Shown one piece after another: positions 14,081-26,123 of a stretch of DNA of 64,000 nucleotides. The notes below the pieces were generated by a model, which saw nothing but the letters and a program-made list of their open reading frames with translations, was not told the origin of the DNA and did not search any database. This DNA is from Takakia lepidozioides. Taxonomy: Eukaryota; Plantae; Bryophyta. Position 1 is the stretch's first letter, and every line of letters starts with the position of its first letter. The translations under genes and the position numbers were made by a program. The stretch lies in assembly GCA_030704615.1 (NCBI GenBank), contig CM060731.1, positions 66,774,001 to 66,838,000 on the forward strand, written 5' to 3'.

Positions 14081-17000
14081 CTATTCATCGGAGTTGACGT
14101 AAGGGCAAGATCCATCATCCACATTGGCCAGTGGATCAAAGAATGGTGACTCAGGGTCGGTACACCCGGGCACGATATCTAACTCACACCGATCACCCTG
14201 CACATAAATGACAAGTAGTCCGTACATCACAATGGGAATCATGCATTTAAGAAATCAATCAGCTTGGATAATTTGGATTCTTTGAAGTGAGGATTTGCTA
14301 ACAAATGCATTACAACTATGTCCAGCAGAACAGGAGAGTACACTGCCAAGGCATGAGCTTGGCAGTCATACACAGTTGACCTTCCAACAACCACAGTAAG
14401 CTAGTAAGCCTACAGACAAAAAATCAGAAAACAGGTCTGCATACCCCTTCCTGAATCATGCCTGCAGGGAAGTCACATCGATCTTGCACAAAAACAGCAT
14501 CTGGATAAATCGCACTGTTGCAGGCTCCCTCGTGTGCAAGCTCTTTGGCAAGCCCCTACACACCCAAACAATGTGTCATAAATATATTAAGCAGTGTACA
14601 TCCACGTAAGGGCAGAGAAGACTCCAGAACTTATGACCGAGCTATATTTGCTGCTTGACTTTTTCACACCTGCTTCCCCAAACTGTTATTGTTGGCTTAC
14701 ATATAACAAGGAGTGTGTGTTGGGAAACCTAGATCAGCCCCTTAACCTGACAACTTTCTCGGTCTCGACTGCCATACAGTAACTCCGTGTCAGGTAGCTT
14801 CTCGAAGAAGTTGTCTCTGCTTCCACATTCGATCCAATTGACATATCCAAAGTTATAGTTATCCCACCTATATCCAGCTCAATGGCTACAGCAGGAGTAC
14901 TGGCATCCACCTCACAAAACAACACTCCCCTGTAACGGGACTATGAACTAGTTTTGTGAAAATCGCAACTTGAGTCTCACATACTGGAAAGGGCAGAACG
15001 ACCATAAAAGCCCAGAAGCTTAATATCATGCAGTGACGATGCATATGGGGATACCATAGCTGATGTTCAAACGTTAAGTACGTTTGCTCTCCCAGGTCAT
15101 GTAGATGCTATGGTATCAAACTGATAATGATTATCAATCAATGACACCCTGGATCAATATCAAACTGGTGTCTGCAAACAGCTAGAGTAAAGCTCAACAT
15201 TGCTTGGCTTTGCAAGGGCAATTTGAGTCCCAGATTATGCTTATCACTTCCAGGTGTTTGCATCTCATGGGAAAACCTACTTGGTTCTATTTAGAAATAC
15301 CTCATTGAAAAAGCTGAGAGGCATGTTCTGCCACTTTGCAGGGATCTCAAGCTCCAACATGTAAGGCCCATCCCAGTTGCTACCATCCGTAAATGAGTAC
15401 TCTAAGGTCCGTGCTGCAAATACCGACATGAAAAACCAGAGTCAATAGTCCAATAATACCACAGGACCACTCCTTTCCACCTCCAAATGAAGGCCATAGA
15501 CCTTATTGAATGGATGTACAAGACAAAAAGCGGTCTTGATTTTCTTCATTTCTGCCAACGCCACTCTAAAACATGTAGTTCGTCCTTCAATAAGTTCTAA
15601 GAGTCTTCCTGTAGGAATGTGAGAATCTTCTCATAAGCATTAAAGACCAAAAGATACAAACATCGGAGTATAGTCTGTATACTTCTCTTTGCAGATTTAC
15701 TTCCCCCTTTATCATACTGTCACATGAAGAGCTAGCCAGAGCAACATTGCTCTGATACCTCGCCTCCAGCAGCAAAATCCAACCGCTTACCGTGAACAGG
15801 AACATTAATTTTGATGGTGTAAAAGGGTGCACATTTGATGCCACGCTCTTTTCTGGTCATACCCCGGTGTTCACCCCCACACATGATAGGTTGATTGAAG
15901 CCTCCTGTGCCCAATAAAATACCCGTCAGTTTTACGTTAATGTGTGCCATACTAGATTGCAGAAATAAAAAGAGAGAAATGTTCGTGTTGGTGTACTCAG
16001 GAGACTTTGCTTACGTCGGCTTCCCTATAAATGGACAGAAGAAACAGTGCAGGACAACGGGGCAGTGCTTGGGTTGTTGAAGTGTGGGGAGGGGGGGGGG
16101 GGGGGGGGGTGTGGGTGGGTGGTGAGGGTACCATTGAAGCCAATGCCATAGTCAGCATTGGGAACGAGCTTGCTGGAAGTAGGATTGAAATAGATGGTTA
16201 ACAGACTCCCCTGCCAAATCCCTCCCACCAGTCAATGAAGAACCTCACAACTACCCTTTGCATGTTTTTCACACACACATGACAAATTGATACCAATGCA
16301 CAGCCCTGAGAAAGGGACCTCCAAAAATGTGTCTTTTGACCTCCACATGACAGTTAGGACTACACCCTTGACCTCTGGTAGGTTACAAATGGGGGTCAAG
16401 AACGGCAGCAGGGTACTCACAGCTGCAGCAGGCCGCCCTGTAGCAGTTTCCCAAAACACAGGGTAGTGCCCAATTTCAAAGTCGGCCCATGTTGGTCGGG
16501 TGTACCTGCCACAAAAAAGAGAGTTTGATCAATCACAACTTTTCTAGAGGAAGAAAATGGGTTGCCTTGAAAGCTATACATCATGAATCTATTTGAGGAG
16601 CAAAATGGTCTCTTTGCCCCTTTCCTTCCCTTGCTTGGCCGCAAGGCTATGGGACAGATAAATCAATGAGTGCATCACAATTCCTCCCTTTCCCTCCGGC
16701 TATACCTAGGTTCCTTCGTATAATTAGTACATTCCTTCTTTTCATTCTCTCCTGCTGGGGACTGTCCAGGCCAGGGCATGGAGCTATGGGCCCAATGCTG
16801 AACCCTAAGGAATACGTGATCTCTGGCACTGTGGTTAGCCTTGGGTTCAAACATAAATAAGAGGTTAAGCTAGGTTACCCCTATTTTGCTCCATCCAAAC
16901 TAGGCCAGCAACTGTGGTCATAAAGCTACGGTGATCTAAGTCCAGTTGAGCATCCTTCTATCAGTCTCTCAGCAGATCCAGGGTGTATCAGCAACACGAA

Positions 17001-18142
17001 AAAATCACTTTCTACGAGAGACTGAATCCAATGCTAAGACAACCTGTGACGGTCATCCCAACAAGGCTAAGACAACAAGAAAGAGGACCTGGAAACAGAG
17101 CTCTAACTCTCTCCTATCATGATAGCTGCTAACAGAGGTAATCGGCCAGCACCCGACTTCATAGTGCAACAGATGTGTGCCAACATCACCCATCTTCACA
17201 TGCATACAATAATCTCACAAAAGAATGTTCAGAGATGTACTGTTTTATGCCTGTCTCAACAACTGCTGTTGCATACACCTTCCCAGAAAAGCTTTGCAAT
17301 TTCCGTTCCCGATTCTCCGTGACTAAATGTATTATCTGGGATCCATAAAACCCAGACACTGCCCCCATACAAACACTCGGTCAGTCCAACCTCCTCTTTC
17401 TCACTAAAGTATTCTCCGTCTTACAAGTCCAAAAGTTGTAGTGTAGAAAACTGTGGTTTGCCTAGTCACTTTCAAAGGAAATGTGTGCAATATAAGGTGC
17501 TGACCAACCAGTGACTCTTTCAACATCTACTGTCATCTGCCTTGGATAAAGCACTTCAAAAAATCCAAACCTAAAATCTCTTCTAGAAAGTCGCACCTAC
17601 ATTGTTGTCCAACTGGTCTCACTCTGCCCTTCGTAGTCACAGTCACCTGCATACTCTGTTGTACCTTTCAATTGCACTTTCCTGATTCATCTTTGTACTT
17701 GTGCAAAAGCGAGTACTTCCCTTACCATCGTTCAACCCCCCGCTTCTACTCCATGCAATCGACACTCTGACGAAGGAAACACTAATTCAATCGGCCACAG
17801 CCTCAGATCATGACTTGCTTAAATTGAGCTGGATTTACCTTCAATTCCAGTCAAGAACAAGTGTTCTGAGAAAGCCTACGAGAAACCATGCACCTCTTCA
17901 GTCCTAAAAACTCTGGAGGCACCGTAATTCGATAGAACTCCGTCATTTGTTAAGAACCAAGAGAAGGAGCCTTGTCACAGGGATCAACGAAACCAAATTT
18001 CGGAATGCAAATTAAAGCAGACATAGAAAAACTCACCAAGAGGCAAAACGGCAGGTCTGAGAGAGGCAGATGGCAAGGAGGAAGCTCCTGCCACTCCACA
18101 ACCGGCGCACACAGACAGTATAGTGGATACGGCAGACGCCAT
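14081..18142 (-). CDS. PIFI: Post-illumination chlorophyll fluorescence increase protein (PIFI family). Confident exons 16505-16421, 16210-16132, 15904-15791, 15413-15301, 14555-14445, 14197-14081. Transit-peptide exons (candidate start 18142) are uncertain
   Basis: Spliced translation [25 protein letters not shown]...IYFNP...[20 protein letters not shown]...[13 protein letters not shown]...FFNEGLAKEL...[15 protein letters not shown]...[12 protein letters not shown] matches PIFI motifs. GT-AG junctions are in phase. A Ser/Ala-rich [10 protein letters not shown]... exon sits at 18142-18037. Confidence 0.9.
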
Positions 18143-18337
18143 CTGCCACACCTCGTACCAAATTCAAGCTCCTCTCCCTCTCTCTTCCCTTCTCTCTCTC
18201 TCTCTGTGGCTGCAGCAGGAAGAGAAAAATCAGTCCACCTAGAATAGCCACACATCTTCTGTTGCTGATTTGACGGCCCAGATTGAATCTTCAGTTCCAC
18301 CCGGATTCTCTGGTTATTAGTCAATGAATTTTATTCA

Positions 18338-18562
18338 TTTTTTATTTTATTTTTTAAGAGGAAACCTGGGATCTACAGCCCACAATTCAGGCCCTTGAGG
18401 AGGGGGAAAACTTAACCCCCTTTCATTTATGGGCCATGAGGCCTACAGGACGATCAACACCAGACATACCGTCACGAACAATCTCACACACGGGGCAAGG
18501 CAGCGGGTTTGAACCCCGAACCACGGCGACACACCGTGCACTTACCAGCTGAGATACCAGCC
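18338..18562 (-). mobile_element. tRNA-derived SINE
   Basis: The minus strand starts ggctggtatctcagctggta (A-box-like) and has a B box ggttcaaaccc (18505-18515). It ends in an A-rich tail (aaaaaataaaataaaaaa). Confidence 0.7.
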
Positions 18563-18825
18563 AATGTGTCATTTAAAAAACAAGAAAAACCCAAAAAAAC
18601 CATCATGGGTAACTTCTTGGTAGACGAATTTCCTTTAATATTTTCTTAAGAAAAAATAAATAAATAAACGATTTTTTATTTTTATTTTTTACAGAACAGG
18701 GGGATTGTAGCCCTGTAAAACTTTATTAAAGAAGGGTAAGGAAAAAATAACCTTACAAGAGCCATAAGGAAGATGAATGAGGTGCCACTCGTAAAAACGA
18801 AACTATAAAGGCGTGGGGCACGTTT

Positions 18826-19145
18826 TGTAGATGCACATCCCACACACGTTTGTTTTTTCCCTGGCAGATGCCCGGAAAACAGTGTGCGTGCCGCACACTG
18901 TTTCGAGGCATCTGCGGAGCATGTTTTCTCCGCAGATGCCCATCCCACACAGGGTTGTTTTTTTTTTTGTTTTTTCATTTTTTCGTTCCCTAGCATATGC
19001 CCGGAAAACTATGTACGGCACCGCACACTGTTCTAGAGCATCTGCGGAGCATGTTTTCTCTGCAGATGCCCATCCCACACAAGGTTTTTTTTTTTTTTTT
19101 TTTTTTCCGTTCCCTCGCATATGCCCGGAAAACAGTGTGCGGCAC
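18826..19145. repeat. ~125-130 bp tandem repeat (about 2.5 units) with internal inverted repeats
   Basis: atgcccggaaaac occurs at 18868, 18997 and 19121. Units contain gcatctgcggag-N8-ctccgcagatgc and cagtgtgcg-N3-cgcacactg. Confidence 0.85.
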
Positions 19146-19814
19146 CGCTTCTCAAACTTCTAAACATGCATGTGAAGCAAACATCACTCTTCTACTCGAA
19201 CTCTTCATCAGTTTTAGAAGACACCCTTTCCACTTCAATCCTCTCTCTCCACCCCAACCTCTCCTCAAAATCCCCAGGCTACGCATTGCTCAAGCTGTCC
19301 CAAACTGCTCAAGCCCCCCCATTTTGGAGACCTTTAAGAAATGGGTTGGTAGCTCCATGAGAACCCGCCCCAAGGGCTGCTTTGTTACTGGGTATTGTTG
19401 TTTTCCCCATGCATTCGGTGTTCTATGTAACACGGGTTTTTAATGACTGCCATTTGCGCAAACTGATTTCTAGATGATTCTAGAATGAGAATGTTTGTAA
19501 GCTCTTTGTTCAGTGTGTACTGGTAGGGTTTAGATGCAACGTCAAAGCTTTCGACGTTTTGGAGACGATTACGGTTTTGTACACAAACTGTTGTTCAGGT
19601 TTATGCTTCATATTACTGATCCATGTTGGGATTCCAAAACCTAAGTTAAAGAAAGGTGTTAAGCCTGCACATTTCTCTTATATCCTGAATTCATTTCCTA
19701 GAAGGGAAACATACACATGCACCTAAACCCTACACTCCAGCACAATTTGCAATTGGCATTGTTGGGTGATAGGATTTCAAATACCCCTCAATCGACTCAA
19801 GCTATATAAGTAAT

Positions 19815-20180
19815 GGTTTTGCAATGCGAAATCCACATCTTCATAGGTGTGTGCCAATCTCACCAAAGAATTTGTGAGATATCTGTAAAGGTTTCGCAAT
19901 TCAAATTCCACTGCTGCGTAGGTTTGGGCCAATATCACCAAAGTATTTCTCATCTACCAGAAAGAGTTTCTCTAAGCGAAACCATCTTCTGCATAGGTTT
20001 GTGTCCATATCAGCAAAGTTTTCTCAAATATGAGGAAATGTTTCTCAATGCGAAACCCACCGGTGTTTGTGTCCATAGTCTGTCACGAATACCCGTAAGG
20101 GTTTCTCAAGGTGAAACCGACCGCTGCATAGGTGCCCACATCACCAAGTCTTCCATAATGCGAAACTCGTCGCTGCAGGT
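19815..20180. repeat. Degenerate ~50-75 bp tandem array, each unit starting with a gtttcgca-a-tgcgaaac-like palindrome
   Basis: Motif variants at ~19816, 19891, 19966, 20040, 20101 and 20150, mostly followed by tgcataggtttgtg(t/c)ccatatca-like sequence. Confidence 0.75.
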
Positions 20181-22342
20181 TACTGGCTAAACTAATGTTT
20201 TCCCCTCGCGGAATTGGAGCGGATGCATCGTATACATACACCAGCCCTCTATACCTGCGTATGGTTTTATTCCGTTTGGGAAAACATATAACTCCTATGA
20301 CCGAGGTGAGATAAACATATATCTCTCATGACCGTGGGTTGTGCTCACGCGATACCAACCCCCTCTCCCCGGTAGAGGAGGAGGACTCGAATACGAATTA
20401 TCGCCACCGCAGGAGCTTCAGAAAGGGAAGGTTGAAAACACAGCTCTCCTTCGAGCCAACTACTAGAAAGAAAAAAACTCCCTGACTTATGTAGCATTCG
20501 TTGCCAGGTTACTGAAATTTCTTCATGCCACTCTTATCCTAGGGTGGCCTAGGACTTTTTCAAACTAGGGGCTAGTCCTTAGTTCCATCTCCATGCATCT
20601 GGTTACAAGGCGAAGTCCCTTTCATCAGCCTCCATGGCATGTCATGAGAGGTTATTTTTTCCTCAAAAATAAAAATTTAGGTCTCTTTTGGACCTAATTT
20701 TTTTTAAAATAATAAAATGCAGGTAGTTCCAGGTATGCAATGCCGTTGTCTATATTTTTCTGATGTGAGCACAAGGAAATGAAATTTTACTGAAAAATAA
20801 AAAATAAAAATCGAAATAACCTATAATATTGGAAAATATTCAATGTGAAAATAGAGATAAGATAAAGTTTCTTTAACATCCAGTGAATTTACATTGCCTA
20901 CCAGAGAATAATCCTTGAATGGACAAGTAGATACTATTTTGAACAGCAAGTGTACTGAATCTGGTGCCCAAAAGGTGTGCGTAATCTTTCACTTTACTGA
21001 TTAAATTGCATAGTACCTAATATGGTCCGCACAGCGACCACGAGATGTGTCATGGGACTGATTGAAAACGGACCTTCATGATCTGAAAGACTAACCAATA
21101 CTGGAGAAAAAATAATTCGAGTCATCCTCACCCAAAACTCGTCGATTTATTCTGTTTGCATTCCTTTGAACCCATGGAGGTTCAATGAAGACGACCCTGA
21201 TGTAACTTATCCCCTCCTGCCTTCTTCGCTTTCTGTTTCTGATTACAATCATTTTCATGTTACAGACAACATAAGTTATAGGTGGAGTTGATTCATAGAA
21301 AAAGGCTCATCGGTAAGCAATGGCAAGAATCGGAGCACCAGGCACATATTCAAAATGACCCGCCATTCTACATTAAAAAGTTTGCTTGCAAATTCAAATC
21401 GGTCTCGGATTATCACACTAACTAATCTCTCGTTGCAATTATAAACTACGACTTGTTTGAATTTTGACCCACTCGCTGCAGTTTCCTAACACTAAGCATC
21501 TCCCACAATGACTTAATGTGACCCCATATATCTTTATCTTATAGGACATAGGGTTTTTTCTGCCAACGAGTTTTGAGAAATGAAAGTGCGGGTGGTGTGT
21601 GTTAATTAGGATGCGATGGTGTATTCACTCTCAAGTTAATTTTAATACTAGTGTGAAACTGACTAGGAAATAAATAGATTTTATACATTGACATTTGGAA
21701 TTTAGTCCAAGTGTCAAACCAGGGATCAAGATTTTTTTAGGCACTTGGACGTGATTATCTTCACGACATTCGCAACGATGCTCAACTTTCTCGAGGGTCG
21801 CGTCTGGCTATTGCGCATCGTGTGGATTCTCTACAACTTGGGATGCACATGACTCGACTCTATGTTTATGAGTGAATGCAAAGGTTGATGTTTCGTTTTA
21901 TTGTGGCTGACTAGTTTGTTGTGTATATACATGTTGTGTGTTGTGGATAGCAATGTAGTTGTGTACCAATACATACGCGCACAACACATGAAAGAGCTTG
22001 CACGTATAGTGCACGCTGGTATTCCACTATGCAAGATGATTGCATTGTATGTTGTGCGTGGGATTAGTAGAAATGTGTCAAGAATCTCAAAGATCATTTG
22101 TATGGCAGTGGTTATAACCATATACTTGTCAAGTTCATTCTGTCTTCTGATAACGGTAAAATGGTCACGCGACAAGTAATGAACAATGACAAGATGTAGT
22201 GGGGATCTATTTAGGATGAGGTGAACAAAGAAGTTGAAATGGTGAGACATGGAGGTGGATAAAGATATCAACCCCTTAAACATTGTCAATCACATTGGCG
22301 CAAGATTCGCTCCGGCTGGTGATCTTGTCCTAATGGTCGTTC

Positions 22343-22850
22343 TCATTCAAAAATATTTGAGTTTGAACTTGCGGATATATATTTGTTTCTTCGAAGTTTA
22401 CTCATATGAAACAATGGCATCTGTTTATAGCAAGTGTAACACTTCATTGGCATGTAAGGCTTCTTCTTGTTGGACATGCGAGCAAAATCCGGACGAGTAC
22501 ATTTAGGATAACTGTAGATGCTGACGTCGTAAACATCTTCAACTGCCATTGATCTTGGTGTAGATATTTGATAATGCCGACCAAAATCAGGACCGCATGA
22601 TACATGTCTTCGACCGTATATGTCCACTTGAAGGTCTTTATAAGCCCCTCTCCATCCGCTTCAAGTTTTCTGCACCAATTGTTTTACAATGGAATATTAA
22701 CCCCCAACGGATTTTGGGATGTTGATCCTTATTCAATATTTCGTCTGTTAGATCTCGTTTGACAATTGGATGTACATAAGGTAAAGATGCACATTGCATC
22801 CAAAATGGAGGAATATCGGAGCGTGGTACCAATCTTTAACCCTCGTTGGT
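22343..22850 (-). pseudogene. Degenerate SWIM zinc-finger-bearing transposon relic (MULE-like or similar)
   Basis: YDVSIYSYPKCTRPDFARMSNKKKPYMP resembles the SWIM pattern Y-x-V...C-x-C-x-D-F...P-C-K-H with substitutions. Fragmented ORFs in AT-rich context. Confidence 0.45.
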
Positions 22851-24494
22851 AAAAAGTTGAGTGAGGTTGATACCAATTGCCATTGACCACACAAGTGGAG
22901 GTTGTGGCCTATCCAAGCATCATGGTGAGATTTTTCCATGCATACAATAATTGACGTTGGTTGTACAGAACCAAAATGTATTTCTCGATATGTATATGTC
23001 TTCACATAACCAAAATGCATTTATACCCTAGCCAATGAACTCTGGGTGAATCTTGACCGTTTGTGTCAACTGTTCTGGTTTTTGAGAAAACTCTTTTGCT
23101 CAAAGACAAGACAAGACTTTAGTCTAAAAGGAAAACCCTAAAATACAAGTTATCTTGGATTGATAACTACATCCACTTGTACTCTAGAATGGCGTATCCA
23201 ATAATCCTAAACAGACGAAGACATAACTATCTATTCATGAGACGAATGCAAATCTTAGCGATGTCTAATTAGTTAGCTCGTAATCCCAATCGTAGGGCAA
23301 ATCAAAGCATGAAACGTAATAAAATCAGATAAATCAGATGTTTGGGTTTCAACGCAGCAAACTAAAACAAGATTTCGCCTCAAGGTTAAAGGGATTTCAA
23401 CGATGGTTCTCGCTCATTAACACTTGCACCTATCAAGGCCAGCCACCAGACCACACATACCACCATGGCTGCTACCGTGCATATGTACCCGATCACCATG
23501 CTCTTGCCTCGCTAGGCTTTGCCCGGACATACTCCTTGTCCAGGGCCTACCCATTAACACCCTACCACCCACCTCACCATCCCTACAAATCACCATTCAC
23601 TTCATTGAATTTACATTCTGCCATGATCAATACCCCAACGACTCGATCTTGGAAAAACGACAAAAATATGCCCCGCTCATGCTTGCAATCTGACGGCGTG
23701 GTTGGAAAATCGGTCCACTAACCGTCATCACCGCCGGAACTCAAGGCGGCATCCATAATGCCAGTATCAACGACATACATGATAACTTCAAAATCCCCAT
23801 TCTCCCCATTCATAAATGTTTCAAAGCAATTCACCTCACGGCACTCCGTTCCCTCACAGCTATTATCACGAACAAACGCCAATTGGAATCCGGCTCTTCG
23901 AACGCACCCTAAGTTTCCCAGGGTACCCCTGGGTACCCAGGGGTACCACAAACGCCTCTACTTTCTAGGGTCACCTGATGTCCCACATGACACCTATCTT
24001 TTTATAGGGCCCACCCCCGAAAGGGGGCAATAGCCGCAAGGCGAAGTGGCTCTTAGTTACGCCGGCCCGGCTGGAGTCTTCTCTCTCTCTCTGCGGTCCG
24101 GGTGATGGTGGTGGGAGGAGGGGTGGGAGATGTGGTTCCGAATGAGAAAGAGTGAGGTGAGGCTGTCTATGAAGATATAGTATGGGGGCGGGAAAACATC
24201 AAGTAAGGAAAGTGCTCCGATATGGCCATGAGTTCTGCACGCAGGATGGTGGCAGGGCCAGGGAGCCTGAGTGCAGTGCCTTGGTTGGTGGTAACATGGT
24301 ATATGCCGTAGTCGGCATCGGGTTTGATGAGGGATCCGTTAGTATAGTGGGAGTTAGATGGGGGGTATCAAAGAGGGATGTTTTGTCGGTATAATGAGGG
24401 TATAGGGGGTATAGGTATTGGCGGGGTGGGAAATAATGAACTAGGCTCTAAAAAACCCTCATAGGTATCTTCTGCCTTTTTCCATTGACAGTGA

Positions 24495-24760
24495 CAAACC
24501 TCGAACTGTTTAAGATGCAATGAGAAGTGAGAATTCTTTGCACTGGAAGAAATCTATGGCATCTGATTTTCACTCTCTTCAAGATAACAAGACTCCAAGA
24601 AGACTTTCACCTGGACGACAGTCTGTTGGTTACAAATGGATTTTCAAAGTTAAGTACAATGCAAATGGTTCTGCAGCAAGACACTTGAAAGCTTGTTTGG
24701 TTGCAAAAGGGTTTTCACAAATTGAATGTACTGATTAGAATGAAGCCTTCTCCCATGTTA
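24495..24760 (+). mobile_element. Ty1/copia reverse transcriptase N-terminal remnant
   Basis: WKKSMASDFHSLQDNKT...PGRQSVGYKWIFKVKYNANGSAARHLKACLVAKGFSQIECTD is the classic copia RT start motif, with stops. Confidence 0.88.
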
Positions 24761-25193
24761 CACGAATGGTTTATTGGTTCTCTTGTAGAGAGAGACTTTG
24801 CGGAGACATGCAAGTCAATGGAGAAAATGTGGTCAAAGTACCTTACACCGTGTCAAGGCGCTGATTGGTGTGTTGTGTTGAGTCATACTCCCTAGTCCTG
24901 CCTTCCTCTTATGTTGTGCCAAAACAAAGCAAGAGAGCCAATTGCCGTTTGAGGCTTGTTCAAAAAAATGTATAGCACATTCTCATATATCTCACCATAT
25001 GCATATACAAAATATTGTAAAATTTGCTACTTCATTTCCGACTCTCTACTAAGACCCCACCCACACCGATGAATCTGGAGCCCATATTATCCGCTCTCCC
25101 ACTCCGTCCTCATTTCCATATAGTTTTCCAAGGTGAGCCACACCACCATCTCTAGTGTAAAAACCTTCAGATTTTTTGGCTTTGTTAAAATTA

Positions 25194-25502
25194 GGGCTTC
25201 CCTCACAGGAATTTTCCCTCGCACGTGATTACAGGTTTTTTGCCCCAGGGACGGGGGATGTAATCCCAGGTTATGGAATCTGTCCCCCCATACTTCATGG
25301 ATCTATTATTCTTAATATTGGGAAAGACGATTTTCAAACTTGGGCAGCGACGTGACAATGAAACCCTAGTGGCAACGCAGAGGAGAAACGGGCAGTCTCG
25401 AAAACGGGCAGCTTCGTTTTTCCCCCTTGGACTTTCCTAGATTTTGGACCCCTGCCCTGGGGACAGGCGCCTCAAATCCAGGAAAGTCCTGGGGGGAGGG
25501 CT
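25194..25502. mobile_element. Tourist-like MITE
   Basis: Imperfect TIRs gggcttccctcacaggaattt / gaaagtcctggggggagggct, flanked by TTA on both sides (25191-25193, 25503-25505). Confidence 0.55.
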
Positions 25503-26123
25503 TTACCTCTTACAAAATGGATTCCTGGAGAAACTGAAATGATGGAGACCTTTCGGGTTTAGATTCTATTCCATCTTTCATCAACGGTATGACAGAAGGG
25601 CGTCTGAGGTCAACACCTTCCCCACCTATTGCCAGATCCAACTTCCTGTACACAGTCATCATCTCCAATCTCCAAACAAACTCATTTACTCCCGCAGTTT
25701 CTAGAGTAATTTCTTTCCCTTTGTGATGTTAGGATCTTTCCATATTCTCACTGGCCACTACCAACCATTATCATCTTCTTCTTAGACAATGCAACTCCAT
25801 GGATTTGATTGTTTACATTGCATAATTTCCTACATCGAAAGAGAGGAGAGTCAGTGAAAAGCCTAATGAAGGACAACCTCTCCAGCACTGCCCACAACAA
25901 TTTGTGGGAAATTGATTCCAACTCTTAAAGAGTCAAGAAAATGAAGAATGAACACACATTTACAACTCAATATTGCTCGATATAGATGAAATAAACTTCT
26001 GCAGGATGAACTAACATTAACTAATTCACAGCCCTTAAATCTCAGGAAGACCTTCGAGGAGAGGGTACAATCCTTCAGAGGTAAAATACTCTTAAGCAGA
26101 AGGACACAGAAATGGTAATTGGT

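Noticed and set aside
14734-14925. Protein-like 63-aa ORF inside PIFI
   Set aside because: The flanking PIFI exons join in phase without it and it has no counterpart in the PIFI sequence as recalled; treated as intronic.
16417-16644. Possible L1 zinc-knuckle remnant
   Set aside because: The recognisable part is a PIFI exon ([18 protein letters not shown]) with proper splice sites.
18490-18562. Functional tRNA gene
   Set aside because: A and B boxes are present but there is no convincing cloverleaf or acceptor stem, and it continues into a SINE-like body and A-tail.
19815-20180. CRISPR-like array of palindromic repeats
   Set aside because: Repeats are degenerate, spacers resemble each other, there are no cas genes, and the context is eukaryotic.
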